This document shows positions 19,222-27,475 of a stretch of DNA of 64,000 nt, in pieces. Numbering within the stretch: position 1 is the first letter of the stretch; every line of letters begins with the position of its first letter. Both the position numbers and the translations under genes were made by a program. Source of the stretch: an uncultured cyanobacterium (GTDB lineage: Bacteria > Cyanobacteriota > Cyanobacteriia > PCC-9006 > JAAUQQ01). The notes beneath the pieces are model-generated. The model was given only the letters and a program-made list of their open reading frames with translations, was not told the DNA's origin and searched no databases. Location: positions 3,520,001 through 3,584,000 of the forward strand of contig OY970368.1 of the NCBI GenBank assembly GCA_963718615.1, read 5' to 3'.

Positions 19222-20580
19222 ATGCCAGTTGTAAAAGTGCCTGAAGCTTCACTCTCCTATTATCTGATCGCTTTCGACAAAGACGGAAAAGAGCGATCTG
19301 AGTCGGATGGCTTCCTGTGCCAACAGATATTGGATGTTTTGGTGAGTGAGCCCATCACGGATGTGTTTTTGATTAGTCATGGTTGGCTAGGAGATGTGCC
19401 TGCAGCGAAGAGACAATATAACGAATGGATCAGAGCAATGGTAGACAGTGAAGATGCTCAAAAAGTAAAAGCATCACATCCTGACTTTAAGCCCTTGATG
19501 ATCGGTCTTCACTGGCCTAGTAAACCCTATGGAAATGAAGACTTAAATGCATCTTTTTCGTTTGATTTGGCAGAACCACAAGCCAATGACATGATCGAAA
19601 ACTATGCAACTGAAGTCTCAGACACACAGGCTACTCGGGATGCATTTAAAGAGATTATTGCCGCAGAAAACAAGCTGCGACATGCTTACCAAACAATCCT
19701 TCGTGAAGCTTACGCGAGTGATGGTGCTAACCATTCAGAAGAGTGGGAACAGGCCGAGCCTTTGCTAAAAAACGCACAACTATCAAAAACTCGAGACAAC
19801 GCCAGCAAAAGCAACGTAAGTTTGGGGGATGATGTAGCTTTTGGTCTGGAAGACAACTTCATGGATGCCATCTCAGACTTCGATTTCAAAGATGCTCTTC
19901 TAAAACTACCGCGAATGGCTTCTTACTGGAAGATGAAAAACTTGGCCCGTACCATAGGCCAAAGCGGTGGGTTTGACTTGTTGCAAAAGCTTCAGCAAAA
20001 AGCGAACGAGAAGGTACGTTTTCATCTTATAGGACACAGTTTTGGCACCATTGTTGTGTCCTCGATGCTTAGAGGCCCCGAAAAAGACAGTCAGCTTGTA
20101 CGCCCGGTCAACTCGCTTAGTCTGATACAGGGAGCCGTATCCCTGTGGTCGTATTGTCCTCAAATTCCTAAAAGGGATAATCTTGAGGGCTATTTTTACT
20201 CTATCATTCGCGATAAGAAAGTTGCAGGCCCTATTATCACAACACTCTCAAAATATGATAAAGCGGTAAGACTCATGTATCCTCTCGCTAGTCATGCTGG
20301 CTTACTAGGCGGAGCAGACATTGACTTTGACGTGAACTTTGGTGATTCAGCCTATCCTATCGTAGGTGGAATCGGAACTTATGGTATTCAAGGCAACGGT
20401 CTACTAGACGTTGAAGATATCCTAATGAAGTCCCAAGACAAAGCCTATCGATTCAAGCCCGGTTTTATTTACAACTTGAATAGTGACAACTTTATTCAGG
20501 ATGGAACAAAAGATGCTCACTGTGCTATCGCTAAGCCCGAAGTCGCACATGCTGTCTGGTCCGCTGCATTTAGCGTTTAG
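19222..20580 (+). CDS. Alpha/beta-hydrolase fold protein
   Basis: SHGW oxyanion motif, IGHSFG nucleophile elbow, SKYD and DAHCAI candidate Asp/His; SD GGAG upstream; no signal peptide. Confidence 0.8.
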   Translation: MPVVKVPEASLSYYLIAFDKDGKERSESDGFLCQQILDVLVSEPITDVFLISHGWLGDVPAAKRQYNEWIRAMVDSEDAQKVKASHPDFKPLMIGLHWPSKPYGNEDLNASFSFDLAEPQANDMIENYATEVSDTQATRDAFKEIIAAENKLRHAYQTILREAYASDGANHSEEWEQAEPLLKNAQLSKTRDNASKSNVSLGDDVAFGLEDNFMDAISDFDFKDALLKLPRMASYWKMKNLARTIGQSGGFDLLQKLQQKANEKVRFHLIGHSFGTIVVSSMLRGPEKDSQLVRPVNSLSLIQGAVSLWSYCPQIPKRDNLEGYFYSIIRDKKVAGPIITTLSKYDKAVRLMYPLASHAGLLGGADIDFDVNFGDSAYPIVGGIGTYGIQGNGLLDVEDILMKSQDKAYRFKPGFIYNLNSDNFIQDGTKDAHCAIAKPEVAHAVWSAAFSV

Positions 20581-20664
20581 CTTCATCTTGCCAGCAAGTA
20601 TCTAGGCAAAAAGTATCGAGTCGAAAAATATCCATTTGATGTCCATCTTTCTCCAGAACTAGCT

Positions 20665-22368
20665 ATGGTTGAAGAGAAAATTTATTTCAACGGAATCAAT
20701 GGCAGCACAGGCGAATACCTATTTCCCCCGCTGACTGCCGAGCAGCTTGCGCAAGTTGCGAGAGGTGAAGAATTTGAATCTTCAGAAATCACAGAGTTAA
20801 AACAAAAGAACCGGCGGGTCAAAGGTCTTGAGGTTGATTTCGCCCCTAAAGAAGGAATAGATCCTAAAGACCTTGCCCAAACAGGGTGGGGCGTCATTTT
20901 CTCTTATGATTCAGATCCGGCCATTAAACAAGCGCTTCAAGTGCTTTTGGATCATCGTAAGAGACAGGCTACTCAGAGACATGATCACTACTATCAAGAA
21001 TATGTCGGGGTTAAAGGATATCGACCTGGCGAATCAAAAAATCAGTTTTTAGCTCGGCACAAGGTTGGCCCTGGGCCGGCTGACCCAGATAAAATGCCCT
21101 ATTATTTGCTGATTGTAGGTGATCCAGACACGATTCCCTTTCGCTTTCAGCATCAGCTAGATGTGCAATATGCAGTAGGGCGTATCCATTTTGATACCCC
21201 AGCTGAATATGCTCAGTATGCCCGCAGTGTTGTCAAAGTAGAAACGGAAAATGTTGTTTTGGCTCGTCGAGCGCATTTCTTTGGGGTGCAAACAGAAGAT
21301 GATCCAGCAACTCAGCTCAGCGCTCAAAAACTAGTACAGCCACTTGCACAGTGGATGATTGAGGATCAAGGTGGAAGCAATTGGAGCGTAGAAACTACAC
21401 TAGGTAAAGCGGCGACAAAGGAGACCTTAGAAACGCTATTGGGCGGATCACAGACGCCAGCACTGCTGTTTACAGCGAGTCATGGCATGGGGTTTAGTAA
21501 CGGAGATCGCCGACAGATCTCCAAGCAGGGGGCTATTCTTTGTCAGGATTGGCCAGGGCCTAAGGCGTGGGAGACTAGACCTATCCCCGAAGATTATTAC
21601 TTTTCTTGCAATGATATTAGTGATAATGCCCGTCTTTTGGGGCTCATCTCTTTTCACTTTGCTTGCTATAGTGCCGGAACGCCTCAGTTCGATGAATTTT
21701 CCCATAGAGAAGCGTCAGAACAACGGCCAGAAATCGCACCACACGCCTTTATTTCAGCTTTGTCAAAGCGGTTGTTGAGTCATCCTCAAGGTGGTGCCCT
21801 CGCGGTGATTGGTCACATTGAACGAGCTTGGGGATGTTCGTTTGTGTGGGAAGATACTGGCGCTCAGTTAGCTGTTTTTGAGAGTACCTTAAAGCGGTTA
21901 CTCGAAGGTCACACCGTAGGCTCAGCGGTTGAGTATTTCAACGAGCGCTATGCAGAATTATCTTCTGATTTGAGTAGTGAGTTAGAAGAAATTAGATATG
22001 GTAAGACGTTTGAAGCCTCAGCCTTATCGAGTATGTGGACCGCTAACAATGATGCTCGGGGCTATGCGATTATCGGCGATCCGGCTGTAAAGCTTCCTAT
22101 GGGTGGCTCTACAGAGGATAGTTCTGTAGGCGAACGCTCTGTACGTCCAATAATAGGACCTTCACCGCAAGATTTCTCGGGTGCGATCATAACACCGACT
22201 CAACCCAGTGAATCGCTTTCCTCCGTCGAACAAGCACGAAACGATCTGAACCAAACCCTCGATCCCGTGATTAGCGCAATTCAACAAGGTCCTGTAGAGC
22301 GCAGCGTGCTACAGCAAGCACTATCAGCGACTATCAAACTTCTAGAAGCTCTAAATGAACAGCTCTAA
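20665..22368 (+). CDS. Peptidase C25 (gingipain-like, caspase/hemoglobinase fold) cysteine protease
   Basis: YYLLIVGDP..IPF and AVGRIHF (C25 N-subdomain), FTASHGMG (His), HFACYSAG (Cys), GGALAVIG, terminal IIGDPA; no signal peptide. Confidence 0.75.
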   Translation: MVEEKIYFNGINGSTGEYLFPPLTAEQLAQVARGEEFESSEITELKQKNRRVKGLEVDFAPKEGIDPKDLAQTGWGVIFSYDSDPAIKQALQVLLDHRKRQATQRHDHYYQEYVGVKGYRPGESKNQFLARHKVGPGPADPDKMPYYLLIVGDPDTIPFRFQHQLDVQYAVGRIHFDTPAEYAQYARSVVKVETENVVLARRAHFFGVQTEDDPATQLSAQKLVQPLAQWMIEDQGGSNWSVETTLGKAATKETLETLLGGSQTPALLFTASHGMGFSNGDRRQISKQGAILCQDWPGPKAWETRPIPEDYYFSCNDISDNARLLGLISFHFACYSAGTPQFDEFSHREASEQRPEIAPHAFISALSKRLLSHPQGGALAVIGHIERAWGCSFVWEDTGAQLAVFESTLKRLLEGHTVGSAVEYFNERYAELSSDLSSELEEIRYGKTFEASALSSMWTANNDARGYAIIGDPAVKLPMGGSTEDSSVGERSVRPIIGPSPQDFSGAIITPTQPSESLSSVEQARNDLNQTLDPVISAIQQGPVERSVLQQALSATIKLLEALNEQL

Positions 22369-22395
22369 AAATATGATTTGATATACCGTTAACAG

Positions 22396-22431
22396 AGAAA
22401 GTTCAGGGCACTTTGTGGTTCTGAGCTTTCT
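22396..22431 (+). terminator. Stem-loop between the C25 and CHAT genes
   Basis: AGAAAGTTCAG...CTGAGCTTTCT inverted repeat (one G-U pair). Confidence 0.45.
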
Positions 22432-22486
22432 TGTATAAAAATCTGTATGAAATCTCAAAATCAATTCGTAAGGGAGCCGCGTTTAG

Positions 22487-25400
22487 ATGTCCGTATTTGA
22501 GATTACCATTCAGCGTAAAGTAGCAGACTACTATCCTATTGTCGCAAAATACAGTAGTCGTCCAGATGAGCCTGTCGAATTTTTACCTGTCTGGTCAGAA
22601 GGGAAGCTGCGACTTTCTCAAACAGACCATGACCATCTCTTCAGCCTGATAGGCCAACCCAGAGAGTATGGAACTTATTTAGGGCAATTACTCTTTAAAG
22701 ATAGTATTGGCAATGCTTTCGCAAGCGCCAGAGCAAGAAGTCCAGAGTGTTTGCGCCTGTTGCTGTTTCTTGAAACTAAAGAATCTGAGCTACAGACGCT
22801 GCGATGGGAGCGTCTATGTGCTCGTGGAGATGGCAATGAATGGAATTTCCTAAGGTGCGATCAGCGAGTTCCCTATTCGATTTATGTACCTTCTCTGGCA
22901 GCTCGTCGGTTTCCGCCTATTGGCCGATATGGTTTAAGGGCGCTAGTGTTAGTGGCCTCGCCCGAAAATTCAGAAGCATATGGACTCGCTGCTTTCGACG
23001 TTGAGGAGACGGTTGCAAGTGTTTGCGCCTCTTTGGGAAGTGTTCACTGTGATGTATTAGCTGATGTTGATGGTGCACTCGGACTGCCCACCATAGGCAA
23101 CCTCATGACCCATCTTACGAAAGAAACCTATACGTTTCTCCATATTGTTTGTCACGGGCGACAACGAGAGGATGTCAGTCTTTTTTTATCAGATGAACAT
23201 AACCAGGTTACGTATGTCAAGGGCAAAGAGTTAATTGAAAAGCTGAAAGATATAGAAGGTCTGCCTCACTTGACGTTCCTTTGCACCTGTGAAAGCGCCA
23301 AAGTTGATGATGATGGTGCCTTTGGTGGGTTCGCAGGGCAGTTAGTCAGAGATTTGGGAATGCCTGCAGTGGTGGCGATGACGGAGAAAATAACTGTCCG
23401 TACAGCCAAGAGGTTAGTCCAGGCGTTCTATCAACGGTTGATAGAAAATGGCGAAGTTGATTTAGCCTTAGATCAAGCAACCGCTTCAGTCAGTAGCCGA
23501 GATGATGTGTTGGTACCTGCTTTGTTCAGCCGTCTGGGCGGACGGCCCTTGTTTAGCGATACCCTTAATCGCTTACTGACACCGCGAGAAATTGATAACG
23601 GGTTAAAACGCTTGAAACGTCTACTAGAAGAGCGAGCACCTGTGCTAATTGAAGAGTTTGATATGCAGCAAAAGGCGCTAAGAGCAGAAGATAATGGGGT
23701 AATAGAGATATCCTCGCTGAATGAGTCTGCTCGCAATAAAGCACAGGCCGCTCTAGACGAACTGAATAAAATCTGTGGTGAAGTAGTGGGTATCAGCTTT
23801 AATGCTGTTGCCCTAAACAAAAAAGTATCGCAATACGATCCGCGCTGTCCGTTTCCTGGTTTAAGCCCTTTCACACTGCAAGATAAAGAATTCTTCTGCG
23901 GGCGTGAAGCGCTGGTCGATAGCTTAAAAACAAAACTGGAGAAGTCTCCCTTTTTAGTATTAGTAGGCCCCTCTGGAAGCGGTAAGTCATCGCTGGTATT
24001 GGCAGGCCTGGTTCCAGCCTTACAGAAAGCTCAACCTAACTTAAAATTGATTTATATAGTCTTGCGTAGCAATCCACTCCAGCAGCTAGAAGATTGTCTT
24101 TCAGAGGTGAAAGACCTCCCTTTTATATTAGTCCTAGAGGCGTTCGAGTTGCTATCTACGCTTTCTCTAGCTCCCGAAAAACAGAAAGAGTTTATCGAAA
24201 GACTGCTAGAGGTTGTTGATTCGCATCAGTCACAGCCTAAAGTTGTATTTACGGTGAGAAGAGAATTTTTGACTGACAGTATTCACCACAACACTCTATC
24301 AAACAGACAGATATCCGTTGAGAAAATTGAGCCAATGACTGCGGCAGAGCTGCGACTGGCTATGGAACAACAGGCTGCAAAGGTTGGCCTTAAATTTGAG
24401 GTTGGCCTGAGCAATACTATTTTAGATGATATAGAGGAAGAGCCTGGCTCAATGCCGCTTTTGCAACATGCGTTGAATCTGTTGTGGCAGAAGCGTCATG
24501 GGCAGTGGCTCATCAACAGCGAATATCAAAAATTTGGAGGTGTTAAAAAAGCGATCGCGAGCACTGCTGATAATTTCTATGAAAAGCTCTCTGAAGGAGA
24601 GCAAGCGCGAATGAAAAATATTTTTATTCGCCTGACGCGCCTAGATCCCGATGCTACAACGGGAAAAGATAGTCAAGATACCCGGCATCGGCGAGTTGCT
24701 TTGTCGGAATTAGTGCTGGCCGAAGGTGACCCGGAAAAGAGCCTGGTTCAAACCCAAGCACTTGTGAATAACTTAGCCGGAGACGCGGTGCGGTTAGTTC
24801 GTATAGAGATGTCGCAAGAGGGTAGTAATCATAAAATCGGCAGTGATGTGCAAGAAGTCGTAATGGCTCACAAAGCTTTGATCCACGACTGGTCCAAGCT
24901 AAGCCAATGGCTAGAAGAAAACCGAAGTTACTATCAACGTAGAGAAAAACTTAGCGAAGACGTCAGGCATTGGAGAAAGAATAAATGTCGAGCAGAAGAT
25001 CTGATTTCTCAACAAAAAACACTGGATGCAGCCAAGGAGCTAGGACGCCTTGGCTTTTTAAACGATGCAGAAGCAGAATGTGTAGAGAAATCACAACAAG
25101 CGCAGTTAAGAAAGTCTAGAGCGTATACGATCGGGGTGACAGGCGTTGCTGTGCTGCTGGCGGGTGTTTCTGTTTTTGCTTGCCGACAGCAAAAAGTCGC
25201 TGTTGAACAGAAAGGAATTGCTGAGATAGGCAAACAGATCGCTCAGCTAAAGGAACAGTCGGCGAGAGCTTCTAGCTGGATTTCTGAGGGTAAGTCTGCA
25301 CCGGGTCTAATGTTGTCTTTGGGGACACTCAGTCAAAGTGTTGAGAATGATCAGTATCCACCTGAGGTTGAGCTAAATGCCCAAGAGTCAGTGATAGATG

Positions 25401-27460
25401 CTGTACAACGTGCCCGTGAGAAGAATGTTTTGGAAGGGCACGAAAACAGCGTAAAGGCGATTGCCTACGATTCTAAAAATGACTACATTGTTACTGGAGG
25501 TGAGGACAATAGCTTAAAAGTTTGGGATGCTAAAACAGGAAAACTGTTAACAGCCAGAGTAAAGGCACACGATGATGCAATCTACACCGTTGTGTTTAGT
25601 CAGGATGGAAAACATCTCGTGAGCGCTGGAAAAGACAAAACATTGAACGTTTGGACGATTGAGCCGAGCGATGGCGATAGCCTAGCTAATAGGCAGACTC
25701 TTGACTCGATTAAGCTCTCGTTGAGAAACCGTATTCAGGGAGGCCATACTCAGCCAATACGTGCGGTTGCATTTAGTCCTGAGGGCGATCGTTTTGTCAG
25801 TGCCAGTGATGATCAAACATTACAACTCTGGAACGTTAAGTCAGGTAAGCCGATTGGTGAACGAATGAGAGGGCATACAAGTATTGTTTGGGCCGTAGCC
25901 ATTAGCCCTGATGGTACGCAGATTGCCAGTGGAAGTGTTGATAGAGCGATTAAAGTCTGGGATGGAAAGACCGGAGAGCTAACGTTTACAATCCCATTTG
26001 CGCATGAAGATAGCATATTTTCTATTGCTTTTAGCCCGGACAGCAAACGCATTGTCAGCGGCAGTGGGGACAGAAGTATTCGGGTGTGGGATGCCCGAAC
26101 CGGAGCTCCCATTGGATTTCCGCTACTCGGCCACGATGGTAAAATATATTCTGTGGCATTTATGCCCAATAATCAGACTATTGTAAGTACGGGCAGCGAT
26201 CGCACCATTCGTTTTTGGCATCCTGAAACTGCAACAGAAACGGGCAAAATTGTAGAAGCCCATAGTAGCTTAATCTGGGGACTTGCTTTAATGAATAACG
26301 GCAAGGAAATGGCGAGCGTCGGATCTGATAAAAAAATTCGGCTGTGGGATATCAACAACGATTTACCACTAGGTCAACCCCAGCGAACGCCTCACACGAA
26401 AGATATTTTGTCGATTGCGATCAGTCGTGATGGTGATCGAATCGTTAGCGTGGGTGAAGATACCAAGCTAATGATGTGGGATGTCTACACTCAAAAGCTT
26501 CTCTGGAAAATGCAAAACGTTCATGATGCGCCCATTCAATCAGTTGCTTTTAGCCCAACAGAAGCAAAGTTTGTCACTGCTAGCAGCGACGGCACCCTAA
26601 AGTTGTGGGATGCAACCGCTCAAAAAAACAGCATTTGGAGAACAAAGTCTAATCCAAGTCTTACCCGTAACCAGCGAGATATTTATACTGTAGCGTTTGC
26701 GCCAGATGGTAAAACCGTTGTCAGCGGCGGCAGAGATGGAAAACTAAGAATATGGGACGTAAGTACTGGCGATCAGAAAGTTGAATGGATTGCAGCCAAT
26801 GCAAAAAGCCCTATTCTTTCTGTTGCAGTGAGTCCCGATGGAAAATATATTGCGAGTGCTGGTGCTGATCACATTATTACGCTGCTGGATATGCATACAG
26901 GAGAGGTGATACAGCGTTTTCGCGGACATACTCAAGATATTTGGGCGATCGCATTCAGCCCGGATGGAAAATTGTTGGTTAGCGGCGGCAAGGACGACAC
27001 GCTGCGACTTTGGCAGATAGAAAAAGGCCAACAGATAGGGAAAGAACTCAAGGGTCACACGAATGATATTTCGACTGTCGCATTTAGCCCAACGGGTAAA
27101 CAAATTGCTAGCGGAAGCTTTGATAAAACCATACGCCTATGGGATATCCAAAACATTGAACAGGTAAAACCTTATGGACCACCCCTTATAGGCCATTTAG
27201 AAAGTATATGGTCTGTTCAGTTTATGCCAGATGGAAAGTCTATTGTCAGCGCCAGCGCAGATCTCACCTTGCGTAGATGGCCGAGTCACTGGTCTCAGTG
27301 GTCCAAAATGGCTTGCGAACGTTTAGAGAATCATCAGCTAATGAGTGACTCTCAGGAAAGTGCAAATATCGACAAAGATTTAGCAGAAATCTCTGGGGCG
27401 GCCAAAGAAGCCTGCGATCGCAAGTTTTGGCAGATAAAAGAGCGTGTCTCTATGCCGTAA
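22487..27460 (+). CDS. CHAT protease - nSTAND1 NTPase - hydrophobic segment - 14x WD40 protein
   Basis: LHIVCHG and FLCTCES (CHAT dyad); CPFPGL.PF...FCGRE, GPSGSGKSS (Walker A), PGSMPLLQHAL; hydrophobic helix AYTIGVTGVAVLLAGVSVF; 14 WD40 repeats counted. Confidence 0.9.
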   Translation: MSVFEITIQRKVADYYPIVAKYSSRPDEPVEFLPVWSEGKLRLSQTDHDHLFSLIGQPREYGTYLGQLLFKDSIGNAFASARARSPECLRLLLFLETKESELQTLRWERLCARGDGNEWNFLRCDQRVPYSIYVPSLAARRFPPIGRYGLRALVLVASPENSEAYGLAAFDVEETVASVCASLGSVHCDVLADVDGALGLPTIGNLMTHLTKETYTFLHIVCHGRQREDVSLFLSDEHNQVTYVKGKELIEKLKDIEGLPHLTFLCTCESAKVDDDGAFGGFAGQLVRDLGMPAVVAMTEKITVRTAKRLVQAFYQRLIENGEVDLALDQATASVSSRDDVLVPALFSRLGGRPLFSDTLNRLLTPREIDNGLKRLKRLLEERAPVLIEEFDMQQKALRAEDNGVIEISSLNESARNKAQAALDELNKICGEVVGISFNAVALNKKVSQYDPRCPFPGLSPFTLQDKEFFCGREALVDSLKTKLEKSPFLVLVGPSGSGKSSLVLAGLVPALQKAQPNLKLIYIVLRSNPLQQLEDCLSEVKDLPFILVLEAFELLSTLSLAPEKQKEFIERLLEVVDSHQSQPKVVFTVRREFLTDSIHHNTLSNRQISVEKIEPMTAAELRLAMEQQAAKVGLKFEVGLSNTILDDIEEEPGSMPLLQHALNLLWQKRHGQWLINSEYQKFGGVKKAIASTADNFYEKLSEGEQARMKNIFIRLTRLDPDATTGKDSQDTRHRRVALSELVLAEGDPEKSLVQTQALVNNLAGDAVRLVRIEMSQEGSNHKIGSDVQEVVMAHKALIHDWSKLSQWLEENRSYYQRREKLSEDVRHWRKNKCRAEDLISQQKTLDAAKELGRLGFLNDAEAECVEKSQQAQLRKSRAYTIGVTGVAVLLAGVSVFACRQQKVAVEQKGIAEIGKQIAQLKEQSARASSWISEGKSAPGLMLSLGTLSQSVENDQYPPEVELNAQESVIDAVQRAREKNVLEGHENSVKAIAYDSKNDYIVTGGEDNSLKVWDAKTGKLLTARVKAHDDAIYTVVFSQDGKHLVSAGKDKTLNVWTIEPSDGDSLANRQTLDSIKLSLRNRIQGGHTQPIRAVAFSPEGDRFVSASDDQTLQLWNVKSGKPIGERMRGHTSIVWAVAISPDGTQIASGSVDRAIKVWDGKTGELTFTIPFAHEDSIFSIAFSPDSKRIVSGSGDRSIRVWDARTGAPIGFPLLGHDGKIYSVAFMPNNQTIVSTGSDRTIRFWHPETATETGKIVEAHSSLIWGLALMNNGKEMASVGSDKKIRLWDINNDLPLGQPQRTPHTKDILSIAISRDGDRIVSVGEDTKLMMWDVYTQKLLWKMQNVHDAPIQSVAFSPTEAKFVTASSDGTLKLWDATAQKNSIWRTKSNPSLTRNQRDIYTVAFAPDGKTVVSGGRDGKLRIWDVSTGDQKVEWIAANAKSPILSVAVSPDGKYIASAGADHIITLLDMHTGEVIQRFRGHTQDIWAIAFSPDGKLLVSGGKDDTLRLWQIEKGQQIGKELKGHTNDISTVAFSPTGKQIASGSFDKTIRLWDIQNIEQVKPYGPPLIGHLESIWSVQFMPDGKSIVSASADLTLRRWPSHWSQWSKMACERLENHQLMSDSQESANIDKDLAEISGAAKEACDRKFWQIKERVSMP

Positions 27461-27475
27461 CAGACAGCCTCAACC

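Noticed and set aside
25430-27290. Hypervariable near-identical WD40 repeats or a diversity-generating retroelement target
   Set aside because: Repeats are highly diverged at DNA level; no reverse transcriptase or template/variable repeat pair seen.
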